Shown here: one piece after another, positions 36,822 through 47,410 of the stretch | Numbering within the stretch: position 1 is the first letter of the stretch | How the letters are laid out: every line of letters starts with the position of its first letter | DNA from: Candidatus Levybacteria bacterium GW2011_GWA1_37_16 | GTDB lineage: Bacteria > Patescibacteriota > Microgenomatia > Levybacterales > UBA12049 | NCBI GenBank assembly: GCA_943357985.1 | Contig: CALRGR010000002.1 | Coordinates: 306-64,305 of the forward strand | Reading direction: 5' to 3' | DNA: 64,000 bases | The notes under the pieces: model-generated | Seen by the model: the letters and a program-made list of their open reading frames with translations, nothing else | Databases searched by the model: none | Told to the model about the DNA's origin: nothing | Translations under genes and position numbers: made by a program

Positions 36822-38117
36822 ATGGCAGATTTTAAAGGTAAAAAAATTGCAGTTTTGGGACTTGGAGTAGAAGGGGAGTCTTCGGTTGAATTTTTCAAAA
36901 AACAAGGCGCTCAGGTTTCAGTTCTTGATATTAAAGATAATAAAGGCTATCTCAAAGATTTAAATCAGTATGACATTATTGTAAGAAGTCCGGGAGTAAG
37001 ACTCGATAATCTCGAGATCCTTGAAGGAAAAGTTACATCTCAAACAAAATTATTTTTTGACCTTTGTCCTTGTTCAATAATTGGCGTGACAGGTACAAAA
37101 GGGAAGGGAACAACATCATCTCTTATTTATGAAATGTTAAAAACAGAAGGAAAAGATGCATACCTTGGTGGAAATATCGGAGTTCCTCCCCTCACTTTTC
37201 TCGAAAAACTAACATCAGGTAGTATTGTTGTCTTAGAACTTTCCAGTTTCCAGTTGATCGATTTGTCTAAGAGTCCGCATATTGCAGTTATGCTTATGAC
37301 AACAAGCGAACATTTAGATTGGCACAAAGATGTTTTGGAATATATAGATGCAAAAAGGAATATTTTAAGACATCAAGTAGAGAGTGACTTTGCAATTGTA
37401 AATAAAGATTATCCTGCAAGCAGGGAATCTGATGTTTACTCGTCAGCACAGATTTTTTATGTCTCACGGGAAGACGAAGTCATGGAAGGATGCTTTGTTA
37501 AAAATGAGAATGTAACTGTTAGAAGAGGAGGGGTTGAACAGGAAATCATCGAAACTGCCGAGATTCTTTTGCCGGGAAAACATAATTTGGAAAATGTTTG
37601 TGCGGCAGCCATGGCGGCAATCTTAGCCGGAGTTTCCAGAAAAAATATTGCCCAAGTACTCCGCACTTTTAAAGGCTTGGAACACCGCCTGGAGCTTGCC
37701 CGTGAAGTCAACGGAGTCAGATACTATGACGATTCATTTTCAACAACGCCCGAAACTGCAATAGCTGCAATAGAAGCTTTTACGGAGCCTGAAATATTAA
37801 TTCTTGGCGGGTCCAGTAAGAAATCAGACTTCAAAGAATTGGGGCAACTTATTTTTGAAAAGCCAAATATAAAAGCAATTATTGGAATAGGCGTTGAATG
37901 GGAGAGGATTAAGGAATCTATTGGGCATCAAAGAGCAGGTTTAACATACATAGAAGATTGTAAGAATATGACTGAAATTATCATTGCAGTCTCAAAAATC
38001 GCGGAAGATGGAGACGTAGTTCTTCTTTCTCCTGCTTGTGCAAGTTTTGGAATGTTTGAAAATTATAAAGACCGCGGTGAGCAATTCAAAAAAGAAGTTA
38101 ATAATTTGCTAAGTTGA
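36822..38117 (+). CDS. murD: UDP-N-acetylmuramoylalanine--D-glutamate ligase
   Basis: KKIAVLGLGVEGES..., Mur-ligase middle and C-terminal domains; start moved to the ATG after the tRNA. Confidence 0.85.
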   Translation: MADFKGKKIAVLGLGVEGESSVEFFKKQGAQVSVLDIKDNKGYLKDLNQYDIIVRSPGVRLDNLEILEGKVTSQTKLFFDLCPCSIIGVTGTKGKGTTSSLIYEMLKTEGKDAYLGGNIGVPPLTFLEKLTSGSIVVLELSSFQLIDLSKSPHIAVMLMTTSEHLDWHKDVLEYIDAKRNILRHQVESDFAIVNKDYPASRESDVYSSAQIFYVSREDEVMEGCFVKNENVTVRRGGVEQEIIETAEILLPGKHNLENVCAAAMAAILAGVSRKNIAQVLRTFKGLEHRLELAREVNGVRYYDDSFSTTPETAIAAIEAFTEPEILILGGSSKKSDFKELGQLIFEKPNIKAIIGIGVEWERIKESIGHQRAGLTYIEDCKNMTEIIIAVSKIAEDGDVVLLSPACASFGMFENYKDRGEQFKKEVNNLLS

Positions 38118-38147
38118 AAAAGATTTGTCAGGTGCTATAATTGCCCT

Positions 38148-38423
38148 ATGGTATTTGATAGACTTGATGCCGCTGAAAGACTTCCCGAGAATAGGCAAGA
38201 CCCTGTTAAAAGCAGAGCAATAAAAGCCGCAAGACAATTATTAAAAGCTGCAGAAGTTACAGATCCTGGTCCATTAGTCCTGGTTACTAATAATGATAGG
38301 AAAGAAGTGGTTGATTTAGCTCCAGCTCAAGAAAGGGCAAATAATCTGCTCCAGCAATACGCTGAATTGTATCCAGATCTTTCAGAAGTAAGCTTATCTG
38401 ATTTTCTATCCAATCCCGGATAA
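38148..38423 (+). CDS. Hypothetical small protein; first of three same-frame ORFs separated by single TAA codons
   Basis: ORF track; see findings. Confidence 0.3.
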   Translation: MVFDRLDAAERLPENRQDPVKSRAIKAARQLLKAAEVTDPGPLVLVTNNDRKEVVDLAPAQERANNLLQQYAELYPDLSEVSLSDFLSNPG

Positions 38424-38585
38424 GCATCCTCTTTCCCAGAAAACATAGAAGCTTTTATCGGGTCTCCTGATTTATTTAAAGATATTCCTGCTACCCAGCG
38501 CGTAGTAAAATATCTTATAGATCAAGAGAAAGAAGTTCTCTCTAAGATGGACTTATTTTAAGAAGAAAAGATTGGCGTAGATGAA

Positions 38586-38885
38586 TTGGGTCTTCAAAGT
38601 GCAGTAATAACCGCTTTTCGCTATAAAAGAGCTTATGGCAAAAATAATGGGAATATCGAAATCGACCACAGACACCCCTGGGGTCTTAATGATTTCATGC
38701 ACCATCATTCGGTTTCAAGTGCACCATATTTTCTAGATAATGCCGGTGCATTATCTATGAATCGGGCTGAAGATTTACTTAGAATTAATAATTTTGGACC
38801 CAAAAAGCTAGAAAATGTAATGCAACAACTTGCAGCTCATGGTCTAGCGCTAGCTACTAAAGCACCTACACCGGGACAGAAATAA
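38586..38885 (+). CDS. Small protein with a C-terminal HhH motif resembling RNA polymerase alpha-subunit CTD (LLRINNFGPKKLENVMQQLAAHGLAL)
   Basis: ORF track; similar to the alpha-CTD consensus [21 protein letters not shown]. Confidence 0.3.
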   Translation: MGLQSAVITAFRYKRAYGKNNGNIEIDHRHPWGLNDFMHHHSVSSAPYFLDNAGALSMNRAEDLLRINNFGPKKLENVMQQLAAHGLALATKAPTPGQK

Positions 38886-38907
38886 AAGATTTTGCTACAA
38901 TAGAAAA

Positions 38908-39894
38908 ATGGATAAGGTAATTTTTTCAGGAGTTCAGCCGTCAGGAAATTTACACATAGGAAATTATGTCGGCGCGCTTAAGCAATGGGTTACGATGCAG
39001 GAGGGTAGAGATGCCATTTTTTGCATTGTAGATTTACACACGATAACTGTTCCGCAAGATCCAAAAGTTCTGCGTGAGAAAATACTGGAAATGACAGCTT
39101 TATATATTGCCTGCGGAATTGACCCTGAAAAAGCTCATATTTTTGTGCAGAGCGAAAATCCAAACCATACGCAGCTTGGTTGGATTTTAAATACAATTAC
39201 TTCATTTGGACAGCTTGAAAGAATGACACAATTTAAGGAGAAATCCCAAAAATACGGTGAAAATGTGGGCCTTTTTGATTATCCGGTTTTAATGGCCGCA
39301 GATATTTTGCTCTATCAAACAGACGAAGTACCTGTTGGAGAAGATCAAAAACAGCATTTAGAACTAGCAAGAGATTTAGCAAAAAAATTTAATAAGCAAT
39401 TCGGAGAAGTTTTTAAATTGCCAATTCCTGTTATTGGAAAAGAAGCAGCGCGCGTTATGAGTCTTCAAGCGCCAACTTCAAAAATGAGCAAATCAGACGT
39501 TAATCAGCTTGGAACCGTTTATTTACTTGATTCAGAAGATCAAATTAGAGAGAAAATTAAAAAAGCAGTAACGGATTCGCAAACGCATATTTCAAAAGAT
39601 AGAGGCTCGGAAGGACTTTCTAATCTTTTAACAATTTATTCGGCTTTTAAAAATCAGACTTTAACAGATTCTTATAACCAGCTTGAAGGAAAATCTTATG
39701 GAGAATTTAAAACTTTGCTTGCGGATTTGGTTGTTTTAGATTTGTCTCAAATAAAAAAGAAATATGAAGAAATTAGAGGGAATGAAGAATATTTAAATCA
39801 AATTTTGGATGGAGGACGCGACTTTGCAATAGAAAAATCAAATGAAACAATGCAAAAAGTATTAGACGCGCTAGGATTAGGCAGGACTGCTTGA
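38908..39894 (+). CDS. trpS: Tryptophanyl-tRNA synthetase
   Basis: Class I aaRS motifs: HIGN (HIGH) and KMSKS; ~330 aa. Confidence 0.9.
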   Translation: MDKVIFSGVQPSGNLHIGNYVGALKQWVTMQEGRDAIFCIVDLHTITVPQDPKVLREKILEMTALYIACGIDPEKAHIFVQSENPNHTQLGWILNTITSFGQLERMTQFKEKSQKYGENVGLFDYPVLMAADILLYQTDEVPVGEDQKQHLELARDLAKKFNKQFGEVFKLPIPVIGKEAARVMSLQAPTSKMSKSDVNQLGTVYLLDSEDQIREKIKKAVTDSQTHISKDRGSEGLSNLLTIYSAFKNQTLTDSYNQLEGKSYGEFKTLLADLVVLDLSQIKKKYEEIRGNEEYLNQILDGGRDFAIEKSNETMQKVLDALGLGRTA

Positions 39895-39930
39895 AAATAG
39901 GCTCCTTCTAGTGGTATACTACGGTCTACG

Positions 39931-41775
39931 ATGGCAGCCTTAACCCCAAGCAAAAGAAAAAAGTCAAAAATTATAAGAGTAAATCTTTCTTGGAAAAACG
40001 CGCTTATCTACGGTTTTGTCTTACTTTTTATTGCTTTCACTTTTTTTGGATTTAATCAGTCAGTTGAACCCAAGAAGGTAGTCCCAATTTCTCAGATAAT
40101 TAGTGATGTAAGACAAGGAAAGGTTTCTGAAATTAAGGTATCTGATATTGTTCTTACAGTTACCGAAAAAGATAAGATACTTACTAGTACAAAAGAGCCT
40201 GGTCAAAACGTTTACCAGCTCTTCAAAGATGCTGGAGTGTCACTTGATAAGACAAAAGTCATTATTAAGGATGACACTGGTCTTAATTCTTGGATAAATA
40301 TTCTCTCTTCCGTTTTGCCAATACTTTTGATGGTTGGATTTTTCTACTTTATCTTTAGACAAGCCAGGGGTGCGCAGGAAAATATATTTTCCTTTGGTCA
40401 GTCGCGTGCAAAGCTTTTTAGCAAAGACACTCCTAGAATTAAATTTTCCGATGTAGCCGGAGTAGACGAAGCAAAACAGGAGTTAGCCGAGATTGTAGAT
40501 TTTCTAAAGCACCCTGAAAAATATAAAGCAATGGGAGCAAGGACTCCAAAGGGAGTACTTATGGTAGGACCTGCAGGAACAGGAAAAACTCTTTTGGCAC
40601 GTGCTACTGCAGGAGAAGCAAATGTACAATTCTTTTCAATAGCAGGATCTGAATTTATGGAGATGTTGGTTGGAGTTGGGGCTTCAAGAGCACGGGACCT
40701 TTTTGCTACTGCAAAAAAATCACAGCCGGCAATAATCTTTATTGATGAAATTGATGCAATTGGAAGACAGCGTGGAGCCGGATTTATGGGAGGACACGAT
40801 GAGAGGGAACAGACTCTTAATCAAATTCTTGTTGAAATGGACGGATTTACTCCAAATGAGCAACTTATTGTTATGGCAGCAACCAATAGGCCAGATGTAT
40901 TGGATCCGGCACTCATAAGGCCAGGAAGATTTGATAGGCGTGTAATTTTGGATATGCCGGATATTGTTGGAAGAAAGGCAATTTTAGCCATTCATGCACG
41001 TGGCAAGCCCTTTGTTAAAAACCTTGATTGGGATAAAGTTGCAAGACGTACAGTTGGGTTTTCTGGAGCTGATATTGAAAACATGTTAAATGAGGCGGCA
41101 ATTCTAGCTGCAAGACTTGAGAAAAAGGCAATTGATATGAAAGATCTTGAAGAAGCGGCAACAAAAGTAAAGCTTGGGCCGGAAAAAAGACGTCTTCAGT
41201 CAGATGAGGATAAGAAAATGACCGCGTATCACGAAGCAGGACATGCTTTGGTTTCTTGGCAAATGCCGCATTTGGACCCGATTCACAGAATTTCAATTGT
41301 TGGCCGTAGCGAATCTTTGGGGCAGACAGAAATTGCGCCCGAAGACAGAGTTCATGAGACGAAAACAAGGTTAATTGAGCAGATTGCAATGGCAATGGGA
41401 GGAAGAGCTGCCGAAAGTGTGGTCTTTTCCGAAATGACAACAGGAGCGTCAAGTGATTTGAAAAAGGCAACAAGACTGGCGCGTCTTATGGTTGTTGAAT
41501 TTGGAATGAGTGATCTGGGGCCAATGACTTTTGATGAAGATACTAAGTCTTATTATGAAAGTAACCAGACTTCTGAAAACATGAGCGCCAAAATTGATGA
41601 GCAGATTAAAAAAATAACAGATGTAGCCTACAAGCAAGCAATAGCAATCATATCTAAATTTAGAGATAAGCTTGATATTCTAGCGGAAGAGCTTTTGAAA
41701 AAAGAAACTTTGGAATCTGAAGAATTCTTGGCTCTCATGGGTCCCCGCAAGGCATTCTCTTTTGCCAAAGCCTAG
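39931..41775 (+). CDS. ftsH: ATP-dependent zinc metalloprotease FtsH
   Basis: N-terminal TM helices, AAA module ([13 protein letters not shown]), HEAGH Zn site. Confidence 0.9.
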   Translation: MAALTPSKRKKSKIIRVNLSWKNALIYGFVLLFIAFTFFGFNQSVEPKKVVPISQIISDVRQGKVSEIKVSDIVLTVTEKDKILTSTKEPGQNVYQLFKDAGVSLDKTKVIIKDDTGLNSWINILSSVLPILLMVGFFYFIFRQARGAQENIFSFGQSRAKLFSKDTPRIKFSDVAGVDEAKQELAEIVDFLKHPEKYKAMGARTPKGVLMVGPAGTGKTLLARATAGEANVQFFSIAGSEFMEMLVGVGASRARDLFATAKKSQPAIIFIDEIDAIGRQRGAGFMGGHDEREQTLNQILVEMDGFTPNEQLIVMAATNRPDVLDPALIRPGRFDRRVILDMPDIVGRKAILAIHARGKPFVKNLDWDKVARRTVGFSGADIENMLNEAAILAARLEKKAIDMKDLEEAATKVKLGPEKRRLQSDEDKKMTAYHEAGHALVSWQMPHLDPIHRISIVGRSESLGQTEIAPEDRVHETKTRLIEQIAMAMGGRAAESVVFSEMTTGASSDLKKATRLARLMVVEFGMSDLGPMTFDEDTKSYYESNQTSENMSAKIDEQIKKITDVAYKQAIAIISKFRDKLDILAEELLKKETLESEEFLALMGPRKAFSFAKA

Positions 41776-42134
41776 TTGATATCCATAAGTCTTTTGATAT
41801 ACTTAGTTTAGTGGATAACAATTCAGCAAATAATCAAACTCCCGCTCAGGTGGCTCCGCAAACAGTTCCACCAGTTCCATGAATTCCTGCTCCAGCCGCA
41901 CCAAGTTCACCTGCAGGCAAGACTTTCTCAAGTTCCGAAGCGATAAAGTTTGGATTTGAATTATTTAAGAAAAATGTAGTTAATTTCCTTAAAATTGCCG
42001 GAATTTTAATTCTTATTAATATAGCACTAAGTATAATCGGGAGTATATTCGGTCATAATAATATTCTTGCTTTTGTATGGGGGATAATAGTAGCGGTAGT
42101 CTGGGTTATAATATACATAGGAGTTTTTAGAATC

Positions 42135-42536
42135 ATGTTTGATCTCTACGACGGAAAACCTCTCGTCTTATCTAATTTCTATTCTCAGAACCGTCTTTTG
42201 ATCCCAATTTTTATAGCTTCGATTTTATCCGTACTCATGATTGCAGCGGGTATTGTTCTTCTTATAATTCCAGGGATTTACTTATCTCTTAAATTTACCT
42301 TTTTTAGCTATTTTATAGTTGATAAGAATGCTGGAATAATGGATTCTTTCAAGAAGAGTTCATCGCTCACCGAAGGAGTAAAACTAAGAATTCTTCTATT
42401 TCAATTTATAGTTGGTTTAGTAAATATAATTGGGTTTCTTCTTTTAGGAGTCGGGCTTTTTGTTACTATTCCAACGACTATGATGGCATTAATTCATGTC
42501 TACCGAAAACTCCTATCCCAAACCCCCGGAATTTAG
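42135..42536 (+). CDS. Membrane protein (hypothetical). Coding signal continues upstream to ~41880 with no ATG, so the start is unresolved
   Basis: ORF track; see findings. Confidence 0.35.
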   Translation: MFDLYDGKPLVLSNFYSQNRLLIPIFIASILSVLMIAAGIVLLIIPGIYLSLKFTFFSYFIVDKNAGIMDSFKKSSSLTEGVKLRILLFQFIVGLVNIIGFLLLGVGLFVTIPTTMMALIHVYRKLLSQTPGI

Positions 42537-42559
42537 ATCTTTGATGTTATAATACCTTC

Positions 42560-43489
42560 ATGGATGTTGATAAAGAGGTTTTTATTCTTGTTGATGGCTC
42601 TGCGATTGTGCACCGTGCATATCATGCAATGCCACCCCTTAGACGCCTCGACGGGACTCCTACGGGAGCTGTACAGGGATTTTTTTCAATGATTCTTAAA
42701 GTGATGCAGGAATTTAAGCCTGAGCATATCGCAATAGCTTTTGACAGGCCGAGCCCAAATTTCCGTAAAGAATTATTCAAGGGTTACCAGTCTCAGCGTC
42801 CCGCAATGGATAGCGATTTATCTCCTCAGTTTGGAATAATCCAAAAGATTTTAGAAGCAGCGAAAATTTCTATTTATGGAGTTGACGGGCTTGAAGCAGA
42901 CGATATTATAGGTACAATTGCCGAGAAAGCTAAAGCAACAGGACATTTGGTTTACATATTAACGGGGGATAGAGATATGCTTCAGCTTGTAAACGGAAGG
43001 ACTAAGGTTTTGGCGCCTCTTAAGGGAATTTCTGAAATGACTTTATATGATGAAGACAAAGTTAAAGAAAAATATGGAATCCCAGCTCAGGAATTTATTG
43101 AAATGAAGGCGCTAATGGGGGACGCGTCGGACAATTATCCCGGAGTTGCCGGTATTGGTCCCAAAACCGCGACGGATTTAATAAATGAATATCATTCCGT
43201 TACCAATATTTACAAAAGCTTGGACAAACTGCGGCTCAAAAATCCCAAATTAGCAGAAAAATTAGAAAATGGAAAAGCCAATGCTCTACTTGCTCACCAG
43301 CTGGCAACAATACTTACGAATGCACCTTTTAAATATGACTTTGCCGATTGTTCTTTGAAAAATCTCGACGTCCCCGGATTTAAAAAGGCACTTGAAGCTT
43401 ACGATTTTAAGACTTTGCCAAAAAGGCTTGATGAGGTTTTTAAAAACGGTGGAATTGCCGATTCAATGAATCAAATAAAATTACTATAA
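42560..43489 (+). CDS. 5'-3' exonuclease (stand-alone PolI N-terminal/FEN-like domain)
   Basis: ILVDGSAIVHRAYHAMPPL...GLEADDIIGT...LTGDRDMLQLV; acidic metal-binding residues conserved. Confidence 0.75.
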   Translation: MDVDKEVFILVDGSAIVHRAYHAMPPLRRLDGTPTGAVQGFFSMILKVMQEFKPEHIAIAFDRPSPNFRKELFKGYQSQRPAMDSDLSPQFGIIQKILEAAKISIYGVDGLEADDIIGTIAEKAKATGHLVYILTGDRDMLQLVNGRTKVLAPLKGISEMTLYDEDKVKEKYGIPAQEFIEMKALMGDASDNYPGVAGIGPKTATDLINEYHSVTNIYKSLDKLRLKNPKLAEKLENGKANALLAHQLATILTNAPFKYDFADCSLKNLDVPGFKKALEAYDFKTLPKRLDEVFKNGGIADSMNQIKLL

Positions 43490-43493
43490 AATT

Positions 43494-44240
43494 ATGCCAG
43501 AAGTAACAGGTCAGTTAGGAGAAATGAAAACAGTAGGGGTTAATGTTAGAGATTTGATAGTAGATCGGCTAGGGATAGATTTTAATCATCCCCCCAAAGA
43601 AATATCCGGAAGTTTAATAAACAGAATAATCCATTTTAGAATGACTAAAGAGTTGCGTGGGGATATGGGAATTTATTTTCCTGAAAAAAACGCTTTCATC
43701 TACAATCCAAATTTAAGCCCGAAAGATAAATTTGAAACCCGAATTCACGAGGGAATGCACGGGCTTTTTAAGGAGGTAAACCCGGATTATTTTGAAACAA
43801 TAAAAACCCTGCTTGATTCATCTACTAATCCTACAATTGGAATTGCATTTGGCAATGCTTTAATTCGGGGACAGATAGATGAAGAAAAATATTTAAGAGC
43901 CATGAGTCATATAGGAAGATTTGAAGACGTTCTTATAGCATTTAATATAGTTACGGAAGGAATTGCAGAATGGGGACGACTGGAAATGCGTGCAGACCAT
44001 GTCATTACAACACGTGAGCATTTAAATGACATAGAAGAAGAGATGCGAATATCCGCGGAGGATAAAAAAATGGACCCCTATTTTAGGGGAAACAGATTTG
44101 TAACTTCGGCTATCGATTATTTAGAGCGGAAAGGCATCCCAAGAGGAGAAGCACTCCTGTGCTTAATGTCTAATCCGCCTCTTATTGTTGCGGATATTTC
44201 TGTGGGTGGAGCGCAATATGCTATCGAGAATCTGATTTAA
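43494..44240 (+). CDS. Hypothetical protein with a HExxH-like motif (IHEGMHG)
   Basis: ORF track. Confidence 0.3.
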   Translation: MPEVTGQLGEMKTVGVNVRDLIVDRLGIDFNHPPKEISGSLINRIIHFRMTKELRGDMGIYFPEKNAFIYNPNLSPKDKFETRIHEGMHGLFKEVNPDYFETIKTLLDSSTNPTIGIAFGNALIRGQIDEEKYLRAMSHIGRFEDVLIAFNIVTEGIAEWGRLEMRADHVITTREHLNDIEEEMRISAEDKKMDPYFRGNRFVTSAIDYLERKGIPRGEALLCLMSNPPLIVADISVGGAQYAIENLI

Positions 44241-44241
44241 T

Positions 44242-45402
44242 ATGAAAATTGCAATTGTTCACGATTACATAAAAGAGTACGGTGGCGCTGAACGAGTTCT
44301 GGAAGAGTTAATTAAGTTATATCCTAAAGCAACTGTATATACAACGGTATATTTGCCTAAATATTTAGGACCTCATAGGCAAAGGTTTAGTGAATACAAA
44401 ATTAGAACATCTTTCTTGCAATATCTTCCTTTTAAAGCCAAATTAATTTCGCCTTTTAGACTCTTATCTCCTTTAGCTTTTAAGCTTTTCAACTTCTCGG
44501 ATTTTGATTTAATAATTACATCTCAAACCGGTGCATACTTCCCAAATATCCTAGATAAGGAAAAAGCCGTGCTTATCTCTTACACCCACACGCCTCCAAG
44601 ATATCTATATGGGTTTGCAACAGCAAGGGAGTGGAAGAAAAACCCTGTTTTGAGATTTTTAGGAGAGCTTGCTAACCATTTCCTGCGTCTTTTAGATTAT
44701 AAAGCCGCACAAAATGTAGATTATTTTATAGCAAATTCAAAAAATGTAGCAGGAAGAATTAAAAAGTTCTATAGACGTGATGCTGTTGTAATTTATCCTC
44801 CGGTGGGTGTTCAGGAATCAGGAATAGGGAATAAGGAATCAAGAAAAAAAATTCATAATTCAAAATTCATAATTCCTAATTCATATTATCTGGCAGGAGG
44901 TAGGCTTGCACGGCCAAAACATATAGAGCTTATTGTTATGACTTTTACAAAATTAAGAATTCCTTTAAAAATCTTTGGTAAGGAATTTGCGGGATACGGT
45001 GATTCTCTTAGACGCATTGCCGGTAAAAACGTGGATTTTTTAGGTGAAATATCAGACGAGGAAAAGCTCGATCTAATGAAAAACGCCAAAGCATATATTT
45101 TTGCGGCAGAGGATGAGGATTTTGGGATTACTCCAGTTGAAGCAATGATGGTTGGCACTCCTGTTATAGCTTACAAGTCAGGGGGAGTTATAGAGACCGT
45201 AGTAGACCCTTCGGCAGGCTCAGGGCAAGTGGCGACAGGTGTATTTTTTGATAGGCTTTCCGCGGGACCGCTTACCATGGCACTTAATAAATTTAAAACA
45301 ATAGATTTTGATAAAAATGCTATCATAAAACATGCCAAAAAGTTTTCCGCGGAAAACTTTGATAGGGAATTGAAGAAGTTTATTTCTAAAGTGACTAAAT
45401 GA
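44242..45402 (+). CDS. Glycosyltransferase family 4 (GT-B, 'group 1')
   Basis: C-terminal EDFGITPVEAMMVGTPVIAYKSGG motif. Confidence 0.75.
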   Translation: MKIAIVHDYIKEYGGAERVLEELIKLYPKATVYTTVYLPKYLGPHRQRFSEYKIRTSFLQYLPFKAKLISPFRLLSPLAFKLFNFSDFDLIITSQTGAYFPNILDKEKAVLISYTHTPPRYLYGFATAREWKKNPVLRFLGELANHFLRLLDYKAAQNVDYFIANSKNVAGRIKKFYRRDAVVIYPPVGVQESGIGNKESRKKIHNSKFIIPNSYYLAGGRLARPKHIELIVMTFTKLRIPLKIFGKEFAGYGDSLRRIAGKNVDFLGEISDEEKLDLMKNAKAYIFAAEDEDFGITPVEAMMVGTPVIAYKSGGVIETVVDPSAGSGQVATGVFFDRLSAGPLTMALNKFKTIDFDKNAIIKHAKKFSAENFDRELKKFISKVTK

Positions 45403-45947
45403 GCAAAAATAAGGCTATAATTACCACGGGACTGGCAACATTTTTCTTTGGTTTTGGAGCAGGCGCGATCCTTAATTTATATCTGATTTCAATTAAATCT
45501 CCTCTAGTTGCTAATCTTCGCAGTAGTTTGAGCTTTAAGTCTTCAATCTATGGGGACGGAATTCTTCTTCCGATTGTGAATATGGTTATGGTTGCCTTTC
45601 TTTACAAAAAGAGAGAGTTTGTCCATAAATATAGCTTAAGGGCGGGTTTCCTTGGAGGATTTGTAATAACTGCATATTTTCATATAATTCAAGCTTTGCA
45701 AGGATTAGTGAATTGGACAATGCCAACGCCGTGGCATTGGAATATTTTGGGATTTTGGCATGCTTTGTATATGTTTTCTGTCGCAAGTTTAATAACGCTT
45801 TTTTTTGTAGTTTCTGTCCTGTCTTTTAGAAAACAGAAAAAACTTGATAAGGAGATTTACATTGTAATTGCCGGGATAATTTTCTTTCTCTTGCTTCTTA
45901 AATCTGATTATATGGACGTAAATCTTTTAAGCTTAATCCCGCGTTGA
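45399..45947 (+). CDS. Polytopic membrane protein (hypothetical)
   Basis: ORF track; several TM helices; ATGA overlap. Confidence 0.35.
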   Translation: MSKNKAIITTGLATFFFGFGAGAILNLYLISIKSPLVANLRSSLSFKSSIYGDGILLPIVNMVMVAFLYKKREFVHKYSLRAGFLGGFVITAYFHIIQALQGLVNWTMPTPWHWNILGFWHALYMFSVASLITLFFVVSVLSFRKQKKLDKEIYIVIAGIIFFLLLLKSDYMDVNLLSLIPR

Positions 45948-47215
45948 ATATGAGTTTTAAATTACCCACTATTTTTAAAAACAGTCAATTTATGTCTCTT
46001 TGGGGAAATCAAGTTCTTCTTCAAGTCTCTTTTAATATGTGCAACTATACGGCACTTCTTATTCTTGCAGACAGGACTCATTCTCCATTTGTACAAGCTC
46101 AGCTTTATGCAGCTTTAACTCTTCCTGCTTTTATCTTTGGAATAGTGGCTGGTCCCGTTGTTGATATGGTGGACAGAAAAAAATTAATGCTTATAACGGA
46201 TGCTTTACTAGCTTTTCTTTTTCTTTCTTATGCATTTGCGGGAGCAAATACAGTAATTATTATGGTAATTGCTTTTTTAACGTCTTCCGTTGCAAGATTT
46301 TTTATCCCGGCAGAAGCAGCGACAATTCCCCTTATGGTGTCAGAGGAGACATTAGAGCATGCTAATACTTTTTTTCTTTTTACTCTTATGGGTTCTGTGC
46401 TTTTGGGATATGCGATAGCAGGACCTATCATTCAGCTTTTTGGAGGGCTTGGAAGTTTTGGGGAAATAGTGCCTTTTATATTAAGCAGCGTTCTTCTTGT
46501 TGTTGGATTTATTCTTCGCTTAAGTCTTAAGAAAGTTGAGATGGTAAGACCTCAACTTCCAAATGGCACAATTTTTAAAAAAACCTTTCATTTATTTAAG
46601 CAGACTATTGGAGAAGTAAAAAGCCATGAAAACATTTATATTCCTATTACGCTTTTGGTTTTTGTTGAGTTTATCGTAGGAGCTATGAGTATTTTACTTT
46701 TAGAATTTGTGAGTAGATACTTAAGGCTTGAAATTACATCGGTTAGTTATGTTTTAATGGGGCCGCTTGTTGTAGGTCTAATTTTAGGAGTGTCTTTGCT
46801 ATCTAGAATTGAGAAGATAATGGGACATATAAAATCTATATTTGCAGCTTGTTTTGGCGTAGGATTAATATTGTTTATCTTTGGCTTGACACCGTTTATA
46901 GCTGGAGTTCTAATCACAAGAATTACTACTATTGCAGGTGCGTTTTTTCTGGGGATAGCTATAGTTGTTATTGCGGTGCAGGCAAGAACAATTTTACAGA
47001 TTAATGCAAAAGTTGAGATGCATGGAAGAATATTCTCATTTTTAGATATTATGATAGCATTTATTACGCCTGTTCCGGTTTTAATCCTAGGATTTTTGGC
47101 AGATAAAATTAGCATTTTGGTTATACTTTCTATGATTGGATTTTTAATAATCACAACTACGTTTCTAATTAGTAGGAGAAGAGGGGGATTATATGTCAGA
47201 TCTCCCGGAAGTTGA
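45944..47215 (+). CDS. MFS-type transporter
   Basis: ~12 TM helices; MFS-like loop motif (VVDMVDRKKLML). Confidence 0.55.
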   Translation: MNMSFKLPTIFKNSQFMSLWGNQVLLQVSFNMCNYTALLILADRTHSPFVQAQLYAALTLPAFIFGIVAGPVVDMVDRKKLMLITDALLAFLFLSYAFAGANTVIIMVIAFLTSSVARFFIPAEAATIPLMVSEETLEHANTFFLFTLMGSVLLGYAIAGPIIQLFGGLGSFGEIVPFILSSVLLVVGFILRLSLKKVEMVRPQLPNGTIFKKTFHLFKQTIGEVKSHENIYIPITLLVFVEFIVGAMSILLLEFVSRYLRLEITSVSYVLMGPLVVGLILGVSLLSRIEKIMGHIKSIFAACFGVGLILFIFGLTPFIAGVLITRITTIAGAFFLGIAIVVIAVQARTILQINAKVEMHGRIFSFLDIMIAFITPVPVLILGFLADKISILVILSMIGFLIITTTFLISRRRGGLYVRSPGS

Positions 47216-47263
47216 TTTTGCTGCATTTACAGGTAAGGGTAGATAATTTGCTATAATCCCCAC

Positions 47264-47410
47264 ATGCCAGAGTTACCAGAAGTAGACCCATTCGGCTTCG
47301 CTCAGGGCAAGAACATTGAGAATCGGCAGCCGCGGTACCTACTTTTGTCCCAATTGTCAGAAATAAATCTATTGTATTTTTATAACCCCTATGCTACTAT
47401 CCTATTCTAG
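47264..47410 (+). pseudogene. Decayed remnant of formamidopyrimidine-DNA glycosylase (Fpg/Nei): MPELPEVD...RYLLL retained, the rest lost
   Basis: Leaderless ATG 6 nt after a TATAAT at 47253-58. It encodes MPELPEVD (the Fpg N-terminus with catalytic Pro2/Glu3), then a repeat-derived linker, then RQPRYLLLSQL (compare the Fpg RAKYLLLEL motif), then a stop. Confidence 0.4.
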
